This document shows, in pieces, positions 28,008 through 37,711 of a stretch of DNA of 64,000 nucleotides; the stretch's first letter is position 1; each line of letters begins with the position of its first letter. The notes beneath the pieces are model-generated. The model worked only from the letters and a program-made list of their open reading frames with translations, was not told the DNA's origin and made no database searches. Position numbers and translations under genes: made by a program. Source of the DNA: an uncultured Rhodospirillales bacterium (lineage in GTDB: Bacteria; Pseudomonadota; Alphaproteobacteria; Azospirillales; Azospirillaceae); assembly GCA_903920145.1 (NCBI GenBank), contig CAIXKV010000069.1:5509-69508 (forward strand). The letters run 5' to 3'.

Positions 28008-30482
28008 ATGTCGTGCATGACCATTCTCCCCTCTCAGGTTCCCGACATCCACCTCGCCATCATCCAAGCCGATGGAGAGGAGCGAGGTATTCTGCTGGAT
28101 CACCGCCGCGACCGCTATGTTATGGGGCGACGCGAGGCACAATTGGGAACATCGGTTGATATTCCACTGCCTGACCGTCATGTGTCGCGTCGACACTGCG
28201 AAATTACCGCTGATCGCGTGAATTACGGCTGGACGATTCGCGATCTTTTGAGTTCTAATGGCACCAGAATCAATGACGAGCTGATTTCTGACGTTCCAGT
28301 TCCTCTTTTGGACGGCCAAAAGATCACAGTCGGATTAACCTCCCTGACGGTTCGTTTTGACTATGAAAGCGCCGTAGCCGCCGGCGAGCAGGACTTGATG
28401 CCAGAACCCACCGGAACGGTGATCGAGAGCAGCGTCGCAGAGGGTACGGTGTTATTCGGCGCACCTGGGCAAGGGGGCGAAACCGTCCTTTTCGCGCCAC
28501 CCGCCTCGGCTGTTCTCCCAACGGAAGACCGTCGAGCAACGGACTCTTTTGCGCCAACGATGTTGGTAGACGAGGGTAACGATCAAACCATAGCAACCGC
28601 CTATAGGCCAACAGCGGCCTCAGAACCAGCCTTAAAGCCGACTACGGGCCGTGAAGCCACTATTACGATTACACGCAAGACTGCTGCATCGCCAACACCG
28701 ATGGCACGCCCCAGTAATACGCCTTCCAGTCGTGCCAACCGACGTCAGGAGTTGCAAGACGCAGGCTTTCGAGGCATTGCCCTGGATATTGCTGTGGATG
28801 TTTTCCGCGAAGAAGCGCGCTTATCGGCGCTCTGCCGACAGGCGGCGGAAACCGGCAAGACCTTCTTCCGGGTTTTAGCCAATGACCCGACCATTAAGGC
28901 CCATAAGGAAATTTATGAGTATGTGGCCAAATCGCTTAAAATACCGCTGGTTGACGATGAAAAATATATTATGGAGCAAGCTATTGAAGAAAAATGGCTG
29001 ACTTACGCTCATGCCGCTAATATTGGTGCAGTTTTGCTTCGAAATTCCGATACCGATGTGGCTCTAATTGCGACGATTGATCCTTATGATGTGATAATGT
29101 CAGACTGGATCGCGGCCAGCGCGAATGTTAAAATAGTTGAAAAGATTTTAGTTTTACCGACGGTGTTTCAATCAGCGCTTCAGCGCATGAAAAACCGGAC
29201 TGACGAAGATGATAGCAGTGCTGCGGTTCTGGTCATTAATCTTGATAGCGAAACAGAACGCGAAGTTCAGCTACGGGTGGAAAGCGTCGAGGTTCCCAAA
29301 ATTGTCAATTACTTCCTGCAAAAGTCATTTTTCGAAGGCGCTTCGGATATTCATATTGAACCTACTGAAGACTTCTTATTGGTTCGTAATCGCGTCGATG
29401 GGATTCTTCATGAATTAACGACACTTCCAGCATCAATGCATCCTGAAATTGTCTCTCGTGTTAAAATTCTTTCTGGAATGGATGTTGCTGAAAAACGGCG
29501 TCCACAAGATGGGCGCATTGGAACACTTATTCGTGAAAATGCTATTGATGTTCGTGTTTCATCTTATCCGACAATCTATGGTGAAAAGATCGTAATGCGC
29601 TTGCTTGACAAGAACGCATTGCGCCCATCGCCAGAACATCTTGGCATGATTTCCCGTGATCTTAGATTGCTTTATGACAAATTGGATGCACCGTTCGGGT
29701 TGGTGATGATCAGTGGACCGACAGGGTCGGGTAAAACCACCACATTATACTCGTGTCTCAGCTACATTGATAAAAAGACCAAAAACGTCCTGACAGTAGA
29801 AGATCCGGTTGAATACCGCCTGAAAGGCGTCCACCAGATGCAGGTCAATGAAAAAATTGGCCTGACTTTTGCTTCGGGTCTGCGCACTATTTTGCGCCAA
29901 GACCCGGATGTCATCATGGTTGGCGAGTGTCGCGATGGTGAAACGGCGGGTATGGCCATTCAGGCCGCCTTGACGGGTCATATTGTCTTTTCAACCATCC
30001 ACACCAACGATGCGGTCGGGGTGATTCCGCGCTTGATTGATATGGGCGTTGAGCCGTTTCTTGTGGCGAACTCGGTATCGCTCTGTATTGCGCAACGGCT
30101 GGTGCGTCGAATCTGTAGGCATTGCCAAACCCCGGAAGAGGGGCAATCGGTGCTGGAACGGCTGCATAACGATGCCATTTCTGATGAACGCTTGGCCGCC
30201 CTTGGTATTGTGGTTGATCCTGATTTGACGTATGTCACGGGTCGAGGATGTGTTCACTGTCGAAACACTGGCTATCAGGGCCGGCAGGCGGTGTTTGAGA
30301 TTTTCGAAATTGACCAAGATGCTCGCGCCGAGATTGTTTCCCCGACCTTTGATGCCAACGTGATGCGGCGTCGGGCCCGAGAACGGGGCATGACCACCTT
30401 GATTGGTCACGGATTGATGCTGATTGACGAAGGCATGACCACCCACTCTGAAGTCGTTCGCGTCCTGGGTGAGGCATACTAA
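28008..30482 (+). CDS. GspE/PilB-class secretion/pilus-extension ATPase with N-terminal FHA domain and a long Thr/Ser/Pro-rich linker
   Basis: FHA motifs: MGR...SRRH...SSNGTRIND. The linker is about 130 aa of low complexity. A T2SSE-N-like domain follows. Walker A SGPTGSGKTTTL, Walker B-like VIMVGECRD, and tetracysteine CRHC...CVHC. The ORF-track start at 27972 is TTG; the first ATG is at 28008. Confidence 0.9.
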   Translation: MSCMTILPSQVPDIHLAIIQADGEERGILLDHRRDRYVMGRREAQLGTSVDIPLPDRHVSRRHCEITADRVNYGWTIRDLLSSNGTRINDELISDVPVPLLDGQKITVGLTSLTVRFDYESAVAAGEQDLMPEPTGTVIESSVAEGTVLFGAPGQGGETVLFAPPASAVLPTEDRRATDSFAPTMLVDEGNDQTIATAYRPTAASEPALKPTTGREATITITRKTAASPTPMARPSNTPSSRANRRQELQDAGFRGIALDIAVDVFREEARLSALCRQAAETGKTFFRVLANDPTIKAHKEIYEYVAKSLKIPLVDDEKYIMEQAIEEKWLTYAHAANIGAVLLRNSDTDVALIATIDPYDVIMSDWIAASANVKIVEKILVLPTVFQSALQRMKNRTDEDDSSAAVLVINLDSETEREVQLRVESVEVPKIVNYFLQKSFFEGASDIHIEPTEDFLLVRNRVDGILHELTTLPASMHPEIVSRVKILSGMDVAEKRRPQDGRIGTLIRENAIDVRVSSYPTIYGEKIVMRLLDKNALRPSPEHLGMISRDLRLLYDKLDAPFGLVMISGPTGSGKTTTLYSCLSYIDKKTKNVLTVEDPVEYRLKGVHQMQVNEKIGLTFASGLRTILRQDPDVIMVGECRDGETAGMAIQAALTGHIVFSTIHTNDAVGVIPRLIDMGVEPFLVANSVSLCIAQRLVRRICRHCQTPEEGQSVLERLHNDAISDERLAALGIVVDPDLTYVTGRGCVHCRNTGYQGRQAVFEIFEIDQDARAEIVSPTFDANVMRRRARERGMTTLIGHGLMLIDEGMTTHSEVVRVLGEAY

Positions 30483-30483
30483 G

Positions 30484-31530
30484 ATGGCCGGCGTTTCTCG
30501 CGTCCATATGATGATCTTCACCCAGCAGTTCGCTTCTATGTTGCGAAGTAAGCTGCCATTGGTGGATGTTCTGGACAATCTGGCGGCGGAAACGCCTCAG
30601 AAAAAGTTGCGCGCCGCCATCGAAGAGGTTTCGGAAGAGGTTCAGCATGGCGTGGATTTGGCCGACGCCATGGCCCGACATCCCCGGATGTTTGACAGTG
30701 TTTATGTCAATGTGGTGAAAGCCGGGATGGAATCGGCGAGGTTGGCTGGTTCATTGACTGAAATTGCCCATTATCTCAAAGTGATTCACGATACAGAACG
30801 AAAAGTACGATCGGCGATTACCTATCCTGTGATCGTAATGATTGCATTTTTTGGTATTTTTAATGGTATGGTTTTTGGTATTCTTCCTCGCTTCCAGGCG
30901 ATTTTTGCGAATTTGCATAAAGCATTACCAGCACCGACCCAATTGTTGCTCGATATGGGTGCGTATTGGGGAGCCAATTGGACCTGGATTGTCGGCTCTT
31001 TGGTCTTGTTGGTGATCAGCTTTCAAGCCTGGGTCCGAACGCCGGACGGCAATGCTGTTTTTGATCAATACAAGCTAAAGTTGCCGATGCTGGGGCCGTT
31101 GTGGCGTATGGCCGCTTTGGCGCGCTTTCTGCGGACCTTGGCGGTTCAAGTCGAAAACGAAGTCGCAGTGTTAGCAGCCTTGCGATTGGCTGCCGATACC
31201 TGCGGTAATGTCTTTGTACGCGAAACCATTTATGATATTGCCGCTGATGTGGAGCAAGGCCGTAGCCTATCGGTCAGTTTCCGCGATCATCGGGTTTTTC
31301 ACGGTATCGTGGTTCAAATGATCGCAGCCGGCGAAGAAGCTGGATCATTGGATGAATTGTTAATGTCTTCAGCGGATTACTTTGATAATCTGTTGCAAGA
31401 TCGCCTTGATCAGATTACCCAATTGATCAATCCGATCTTGACCATCTTCGTGGGCCTCGCCACAGCCGGCATGATGATCGCGGCCTTCCTGCCAGTGTTC
31501 CAAATGGGCAATTTGGCCGGCGGCCACTGA
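30484..31530 (+). CDS. GspF/PilC-type inner-membrane platform protein
   Basis: Two GspF-like repeats (FTQQFASMLRSKLPLVDVL ... AAGEEAGSLDELL) and three TM segments. The ATG at 30484 follows the ATPase stop by 1 nt. Confidence 0.85.
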   Translation: MAGVSRVHMMIFTQQFASMLRSKLPLVDVLDNLAAETPQKKLRAAIEEVSEEVQHGVDLADAMARHPRMFDSVYVNVVKAGMESARLAGSLTEIAHYLKVIHDTERKVRSAITYPVIVMIAFFGIFNGMVFGILPRFQAIFANLHKALPAPTQLLLDMGAYWGANWTWIVGSLVLLVISFQAWVRTPDGNAVFDQYKLKLPMLGPLWRMAALARFLRTLAVQVENEVAVLAALRLAADTCGNVFVRETIYDIAADVEQGRSLSVSFRDHRVFHGIVVQMIAAGEEAGSLDELLMSSADYFDNLLQDRLDQITQLINPILTIFVGLATAGMMIAAFLPVFQMGNLAGGH

Positions 31531-31548
31531 ACGAAGGAACCCAAAGCC

Positions 31549-32289
31549 ATGGCCATCGATCATCACAAGATCATCAAACCAGCCCCAGCCACGCGGCGAC
31601 GCGGCTGGGCTGGCTTTACCCTGATCGAGCTGATGGTGGTGATTGCCATCGTCGGTATTTTGGCGTCGATTGGGTTGCCGATGTACTCGAATTATGTACT
31701 TCAGAGTAACTTAAATCAAGCCTTGCCAAATATGATGGCCATTGCGGCCAAAGAGCGTACTCATTTTAATCGAACAGGTTATTACCTGGCGACAGGTGAT
31801 GAGCAAGAACTTCAACAAAAGCTTGGCCTGAATCTTCATGATCAAGGTGATTTTTGTTTTATGGTTCTTTGTGTCGCCGAAACAGGCTGGGCTTGTGGGA
31901 ATTATGATACGGGTACGGTTGGCTCCTATAATGCTTCGCCTACAAGTGCGGATTTTGGAAGCAGCGTCATTACAACCCCAGATTCTGATACGGTTACGCC
32001 GCAGTTTCAGGTTATTGCGGTACTGCGCCAGCAAGGCGCCAGCGCAGCCAGTGATCCTTCAACGGTTACGGGTAATGGATTGTCCTGTAGTGTAAGCACG
32101 AATCTTGCGAAGGCCCGTCCTAGTTCTTGGATCGCGTCTGCTGGTACTCAGGGCGGCCAAGGAAGAGTTGTCGTGTTGAGCTATCCTCAGCCTGTGGATG
32201 GAACGGCAACAGCTGTGACGATCGGCACTCACACCTCAGACCTTGTGTGGTCCAATGGCGTGACTCTTACCGACGCCCTGAGCAATTGA
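31549..32289 (+). CDS. prepilin (probable major pilin/pseudopilin) with a 22-aa leader
   Basis: MAIDHHKIIKPAPATRRRGWAG|FTLIELMVVIAIVGILASIG carries the class III signal with Phe+1 and Glu+5. The C-terminal half is Ser/Thr-rich. Confidence 0.8.
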   Translation: MAIDHHKIIKPAPATRRRGWAGFTLIELMVVIAIVGILASIGLPMYSNYVLQSNLNQALPNMMAIAAKERTHFNRTGYYLATGDEQELQQKLGLNLHDQGDFCFMVLCVAETGWACGNYDTGTVGSYNASPTSADFGSSVITTPDSDTVTPQFQVIAVLRQQGASAASDPSTVTGNGLSCSVSTNLAKARPSSWIASAGTQGGQGRVVVLSYPQPVDGTATAVTIGTHTSDLVWSNGVTLTDALSN

Positions 32290-32297
32290 CCCCGGCC

Positions 32298-33071
32298 ATG
32301 ACCCAACCCATCCGCGCCCGCTCACAATCCGGCTTTACTCTGATCGAGGTCATGATCAGTTTCGTATTGTTGCTGGTATTGATGATGGGGATGAATGCGT
32401 TATGGACTCAAGTTTCGGCTCAATTTGATCTGACGACCTATCGCGAGAAGGCTATTTTACGCCTCAGCGGAGAGATGACGCGCCTTGTTAATTTATATAC
32501 AAGTGCTGAATATGGATTTATGGACAATTATTTAACGGATACGACTGCTGTAGATTATACCAAGAATTTACCGACCGATATGGGAAGCTATATTTCTATT
32601 TCTGCAAGTTCATCAACAGTACCAGCTAATGGTAAGCGTCTTATTTATGCTCTTGGGGATGTCAAAACACCTGTTTATGTTGGCGCAGATGCGGGGACTA
32701 GTCTTTCTCAGTTTATTCAAACAATCAATCCAGATGGTACATCTCCATCGGCATCTACAGTATATAGTTACATCCTGGTGCTAGGGTCTGGGGATGCCAC
32801 ACGAAATTATGTCTGGCTTGACAATGGTGCAAGTTCAATCGTTGCACAACTAAGTTGGGATATGTACCAGATATCTTCCGACTCGCTCCCATGTTATAAT
32901 GGAAATGGAAGTGTTCCAGGTACAGGTAGTGATGGTAGATGCTATTTATTAACTGTTTATATTGATTATCCATTTCGATTTAATCGAGTCGACAATACTG
33001 TTTCTGAAATTCCTGGCATTCCCATTGATACAGTCACTGCTCAGACCATTGTTGGGAAGCTCTTCCGATGA
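32298..33071 (+). CDS. minor prepilin-type protein
   Basis: MTQPIRARSQSG|FTLIEVMISFVLLLVL. The internal ATG at 32298 is preferred over the ORF-track start at 32127, which overlaps the pilin gene. Confidence 0.75.
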   Translation: MTQPIRARSQSGFTLIEVMISFVLLLVLMMGMNALWTQVSAQFDLTTYREKAILRLSGEMTRLVNLYTSAEYGFMDNYLTDTTAVDYTKNLPTDMGSYISISASSSTVPANGKRLIYALGDVKTPVYVGADAGTSLSQFIQTINPDGTSPSASTVYSYILVLGSGDATRNYVWLDNGASSIVAQLSWDMYQISSDSLPCYNGNGSVPGTGSDGRCYLLTVYIDYPFRFNRVDNTVSEIPGIPIDTVTAQTIVGKLFR

Positions 33072-33808
33072 CATTATTAAATATAGCCCGTCATCGTGAA
33101 TCTGGGTTTACCTTGATTGAGCTAATGGTTGCCATGACCATTGGTATGATCGTGATTATGGCGGCAACTGAGTTGTTTCTTGATGCGGTTGGAGTTGCCA
33201 ACACCCTAGAACGTCAAGCCACACTGAATCGTCAAGCACGGGAAATGTATGATATTCTTTCATTGGGAGGTCATAGGATTGGAATCAACGTGACAAATTC
33301 GAATGCGAGCGTCGTTGATCCGCTTGGAAATTACGATGCGGACGTGAATTATCATTATATTTTTGGTCTTCGCGGGCGTTTTTATCAAACGTCTACAGGT
33401 AGGATGGGCTGGTCATTTCAGACGAGTCTAATGGAGGTCAGTGCATCTGGTGCGTTACTGTATAAGCTTGCGCTATACCCAACAAATAAAACGCCCACTC
33501 AAATAACAATACCTTCATATGTTATAATCGATAGCGATCAGATAACAGAGACAACATTTAACTGTAATGCGCAATACGATCCTCTTATTGAATGTGCATC
33601 GGACAGCACAACACCAACTATGTATGGATATTTCCGTTCCGACAGTTCTGCTCCTCCTTCTGGCCCGCATGCTGTTCAGAGTGTTGTTTTTGATTTATTT
33701 GATCCGGTCTATTATTCTCCCGCTCAGTTGGTCAATGAAGCCGAGGAGGATCGACGGACGGTTTATTGGACAGCGTATGCCTCTGAGATTGACAGGACTC
33801 CGCCATGA
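33068..33808 (+). CDS. minor prepilin-type protein (PilW/GspJ-like position)
   Basis: MTLLNIARHRESG|FTLIELMVAMTIGMIVI. Its start overlaps the upstream stop (ATGA). Confidence 0.75.
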   Translation: MTLLNIARHRESGFTLIELMVAMTIGMIVIMAATELFLDAVGVANTLERQATLNRQAREMYDILSLGGHRIGINVTNSNASVVDPLGNYDADVNYHYIFGLRGRFYQTSTGRMGWSFQTSLMEVSASGALLYKLALYPTNKTPTQITIPSYVIIDSDQITETTFNCNAQYDPLIECASDSTTPTMYGYFRSDSSAPPSGPHAVQSVVFDLFDPVYYSPAQLVNEAEEDRRTVYWTAYASEIDRTPP

Positions 33809-34773
33809 CTAAAATGGAACATCCTCAGCGCGGCGCTGTGTTGTTGGTCGTCATGCTGCTCATGGTGGTCTTGATGCTGATTGCTGCCGGGTTGAGCAAT
33901 TATTTTTTAACCTCTGAAGACCAAGCTGTTGAAAATCTTTTGATTGACGTTAGAACCTATTGGGCACAAATGGGTCACGTTTATTATGTCCTTAGCCGAA
34001 CTGGTGGCCAAGGCGTTTGTGGGAGTCTTGATAATAGTACTAATAATCAAAAATATTATTGCGGAACAACGTCAACATCCGCACCAACTGATGATGATTC
34101 TAATGGAACTTGCGATTCTAGCGGATCATGCGGTAAAATTAGCTCAGAATCTACCGCTTACGCGAAGTCAGATGTTTTTACCAATTCATATACTCCACCT
34201 TCTTTTACCGGACGATCATTAATTAATAATACTCCAGCTTCAAGTTTACAGAAATATTCAGTAGAATTAGATACTCTTGACAAACTGGCAAGCAGTTCTG
34301 CCCCCACTGTGATTGATCCGGGGTCAAGACGTTGGACTTTTCCACAAGATAATACTTATGGAGAATCCAATGTTACGACAGATTATTATATAACGTTACG
34401 ATCGGTTGTTAGAGATCGCAGAATGACGGACCAAAATGGTGCATTTGCATCACCGCCAAGTTATCCAGCAGACATTACGAGCAGCGCTCCGCAAAAACAC
34501 CCACAATTAAGAATGGATATTTCTGTTATTGATAGTGGAACTATGGTTTCTTCGCTTGGGCCGTCGATTAATGGTTTGAAAGACCGAGCCGACCGCCTGA
34601 CGATCGGGTTTGGTGTTACCGATAGCTATCTCTCTGACCCAGGTACTAATACATACACAAACAGAGGGTGCAATACACCATCGAATGTTACCTCATCATA
34701 TGAAGGCCAAGTTTGTATAGAATTCATCATGCGTAATGCTGATTTGCCTCTAACAAATTACATGACCCAGTAA
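33805..34773 (+). CDS. PilX/GspK-like minor component (hydrophobic N-terminus without a G|F cleavage site)
   Basis: QRGAVLLVVMLLMVVLMLIAAGL N-terminus, typical of PilX/GspK-type proteins. The body is Ser/Thr/Asn-rich. Its start overlaps the upstream stop. Confidence 0.45.
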   Translation: MTKMEHPQRGAVLLVVMLLMVVLMLIAAGLSNYFLTSEDQAVENLLIDVRTYWAQMGHVYYVLSRTGGQGVCGSLDNSTNNQKYYCGTTSTSAPTDDDSNGTCDSSGSCGKISSESTAYAKSDVFTNSYTPPSFTGRSLINNTPASSLQKYSVELDTLDKLASSSAPTVIDPGSRRWTFPQDNTYGESNVTTDYYITLRSVVRDRRMTDQNGAFASPPSYPADITSSAPQKHPQLRMDISVIDSGTMVSSLGPSINGLKDRADRLTIGFGVTDSYLSDPGTNTYTNRGCNTPSNVTSSYEGQVCIEFIMRNADLPLTNYMTQ

Positions 34774-34825
34774 ACCTAAAAACCAGCACAGACCACCCAC
34801 CCCCGACCCGACCGACGAGGATATC

Positions 34826-36835
34826 ATGTTTAAGTTGTTCAAGAAGCGTGAGGCGGAGGAGGCCAAGGCGGGCGAGGGGCGCTTTTTGGTTTATTTGCAT
34901 GTCGCCGATGACGGGTGGCGGGCGGCGATTGTTGACAAGCATCACGAACACGAAACCCGGATGATCGGCGACCAGGGCGAAGCGGCCAAGGTGCTGGCAG
35001 ATTTGCCCAAAGATCACGGGACCGAACAGGCGATTGAACAGATGTTTAAACTCGCCGGGGACGGTTTACGACAGCATGAATCCCAGCGGATTTCCGATAT
35101 TTGTATCGTGATCGGCGATCCTAGGGTGATGTATATCGACATGCTGCCCGATATTTTTTCGTCAGCATCGACCGCAACTTTGCATGAATACGGACGCGCT
35201 AATCTTCGTTGTCGCGGGGTCTCTTTTGGTCTTGCTAAATTCGGGCCGGTGGATCGCGGCCTAGCTAAGGCCAGCGGCGGCGTGATCGCCTTCATCGATG
35301 CGGCCCGGTTGGGCGCCTATCTGTCGCGGCTCGATCGGCTGGCACTCAAAGTGCGGGCCGTCACGCCGATTTCCGACATCATGCTTCGCCAAGCCCACAG
35401 CAAGCCGCATTCCGGCCCGGCGGTATCGCTTTATATTGGCGCCCTGTCCAGCATTCTGGTGTTGTCCAATCCGACCATTGGCGCCATCGTCCGGCGAGTT
35501 CTACCCTTCGGTGTCGGCGTCTTGGGGCGGTTGCTGGCGGAGGGCAGCGGGGTTTCGTATGATCAGGCCATGGGGTCTTTGGCCGAGCAGGACTTGATTT
35601 CGGAGTTGCGGATCGGCGGGGAAACCGATGGCTTTGACACCCTGACCAGTAGTCCAGCCGAACGCATTCTCGGCGGAGCGATCCGGAGCTTTTTGGCCGA
35701 TATTAACGCCTCTGTAGCCTTTTTCGAAGAACAGCGCTGCGCCGGTCGCCCGGTCTCCATGGATATTTACGGCGATCTTAGCCGAGTGCGCGGGCTAGAG
35801 CGGTTATTGCGGGAAAGCCTGTCTCAAGCTCCGGCTCCCCTGACCGTGACCTTCGAGACGCATTCGCTTGTCGATCTCATTCAAGCTTTACCCACCGAAG
35901 CCCCGCTGAATCTGTTGTCCGAGGCCACTGGCGATTTGCGGATTGGCGCCGTCACCTACACCTTCCAAAATCAACAGTTCCGTCCATCCGAAGAGGTTCG
36001 GCGCGAAGTCGCCGCACGCGATCAAGCCAAACCTCAGCATCGCCATGCCAGCAAAACAACTCGAGCCCGCCGGGGTGCGTCGGAAGCGGCCGCCAAGCCG
36101 TCTTTGTTGGCCCAGTTGCGCGCTCGTCTGAACGGACAAACCCAAGGCGGGAGCGAAGAAGACGCCGCCGTTCGCCGTATGGATCAACAGGGATTCGCAG
36201 TATTGGGGCTGTTGGTGGTCGGTGTGGGCTATCTCTTATTTAATATGAGCAGTGATGCCCATAATAAATATAATAATCAAATCGCCGCTTTTGATCTTGC
36301 CATGGCCGACAATAGCCAACGTCATCAGGCTGTCTCCAGCGGTGGGATTCAGTATCATGCTGCCGATGATGTCGATAAAGTCTTATGGACCGAAAAAATT
36401 ATTTCGTTATCAAATCATTTAACCAGTGAAATTTGGTTAACTGATCTTTATTTAACAACAGAAACCAGAACAATCGATAAAGTTGCGCTTAGTACTAAGA
36501 AGTTAGTTATGGAAGGGGCTGTATTACCCTCAACCGATGGCCATATCCAGAAAATTGCCGAGTATATTGATGCCTTACAAAATGATAAAAGCCAGTTTAT
36601 GAGCGATTTCCGAGATATTACCTTTGAAGGACTATCGATTGATACCAGTGAATCTGATCAAGTGGTCCGTTTCACGATCGAGGCTTGGTATGATGAATCC
36701 AAACGGCAAGAGATTGTCAGCACCGCTGCCGCCGCCAATGGAACCGGCGGTATCGATGCCATGAAACAAGCGACAGAGCAACATAACCAGCAGCTCCAAA
36801 AAATTCCAGGCATGGCCCCGGCTGGAGCCCACTAA
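34826..36835 (+). CDS. fused PilM-like (actin-like ATPase fold) - TM - PilN-like assembly protein (MshI-like architecture)
   Basis: Cytoplasmic part with SLYIGALSSILVL...LPFGVGVLGRLLAEGSGVSYDQAMG (PilM-like), a charged linker, and TM GFAVLGLLVVGVGYLLF. The periplasmic part has EIWLTDLYL...LVMEGAVL...VRFTIEAWY (PilN-like). Confidence 0.5.
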   Translation: MFKLFKKREAEEAKAGEGRFLVYLHVADDGWRAAIVDKHHEHETRMIGDQGEAAKVLADLPKDHGTEQAIEQMFKLAGDGLRQHESQRISDICIVIGDPRVMYIDMLPDIFSSASTATLHEYGRANLRCRGVSFGLAKFGPVDRGLAKASGGVIAFIDAARLGAYLSRLDRLALKVRAVTPISDIMLRQAHSKPHSGPAVSLYIGALSSILVLSNPTIGAIVRRVLPFGVGVLGRLLAEGSGVSYDQAMGSLAEQDLISELRIGGETDGFDTLTSSPAERILGGAIRSFLADINASVAFFEEQRCAGRPVSMDIYGDLSRVRGLERLLRESLSQAPAPLTVTFETHSLVDLIQALPTEAPLNLLSEATGDLRIGAVTYTFQNQQFRPSEEVRREVAARDQAKPQHRHASKTTRARRGASEAAAKPSLLAQLRARLNGQTQGGSEEDAAVRRMDQQGFAVLGLLVVGVGYLLFNMSSDAHNKYNNQIAAFDLAMADNSQRHQAVSSGGIQYHAADDVDKVLWTEKIISLSNHLTSEIWLTDLYLTTETRTIDKVALSTKKLVMEGAVLPSTDGHIQKIAEYIDALQNDKSQFMSDFRDITFEGLSIDTSESDQVVRFTIEAWYDESKRQEIVSTAAAANGTGGIDAMKQATEQHNQQLQKIPGMAPAGAH

Positions 36836-36869
36836 ATCCGCGCGCTCTTGATCGGTTTTGAGGTGATTT

Positions 36870-37685
36870 ATGGACGCTTTTATTCGCAAATACCAATCCT
36901 TCATTGTCTCTCTGATCTTTGCATTGGTGGGTATTGCCGCTCTGTTATATTCCGCCGTGATCAGCCCGGCAACGGTGGCACAAGCTGATACGATGGCGCT
37001 GACGGCCGTCATCAAACGAGACAGCCAAGTTTTGGCCTTGATCCAAGCCAAAATGGCCGAAGATGTCAAGAGCGGCGATGATCAGGTGATTCATAGTCTG
37101 CCGGCTTTCCTGAAACGGATCAATGCCATTGCTCATGAGACCAATGTTATTGTTAATGAATTGGTCCCGTCAAAAGATCAAAATATTAAATTTACTATTA
37201 AGATTACCACAGATTTCTATACTTTCTTAAAATTTATCATGCGCCTGGAGTCCTTGGATGTGGCTATTAACGATATGCAAATCCATCCCTTTGATAGCAC
37301 CAAGAAAACGCCAATTCATGCAATCGAATTCACAATTACGCCTCGCCATGATGGCAAAGAGCTTGAAAGTTCCCGTATCGCAGCGTTGCGTGAAGCCGCC
37401 GAAGCGCCAGACCGGCGCAATCCGTTCCAACGCTTCACATATATCAATAAGGCGGTGACGACCGAAATCGATCTGACATGGATTTATAAAATGTCAGGCA
37501 TTGGGCGAATTGGTGACGAGCAAATCGCGACCATCGATAACAAAGATTATCGCAAAGGAGATTTGCTCGAGAATATGACAATCACAGCGGTTCTCAATGA
37601 TCGTGTTCAGCTTGAACGGAAAACAGATCATGGAACAGATCGCTATGTCCTCCGATTCCGTAATTCTGGAATCAAAAAACCTTGA
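36870..37685 (+). CDS. fused PilO-like / PilP-like assembly protein
   Basis: N-terminal TM, a coiled segment, and a ferredoxin-like FTIKITTDFYTFLKFIMRLESLDVAINDMQI (PilO/GspM-like). C-terminal beta segment GIGRIGDEQIATIDNKDYRKGDLL...VQLER (PilP-like). Confidence 0.4.
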   Translation: MDAFIRKYQSFIVSLIFALVGIAALLYSAVISPATVAQADTMALTAVIKRDSQVLALIQAKMAEDVKSGDDQVIHSLPAFLKRINAIAHETNVIVNELVPSKDQNIKFTIKITTDFYTFLKFIMRLESLDVAINDMQIHPFDSTKKTPIHAIEFTITPRHDGKELESSRIAALREAAEAPDRRNPFQRFTYINKAVTTEIDLTWIYKMSGIGRIGDEQIATIDNKDYRKGDLLENMTITAVLNDRVQLERKTDHGTDRYVLRFRNSGIKKP

Positions 37686-37711
37686 AAATAAGATCATTTG
37701 GGGTGCGTGGC

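Noticed and set aside
36632-37069. 145-aa minus-strand ORF spanning the junction of the PilMN-like and PilOP-like genes
   Set aside because: It is antisense to two co-directional genes within a tightly packed operon, with no motifs. Shadow ORF.
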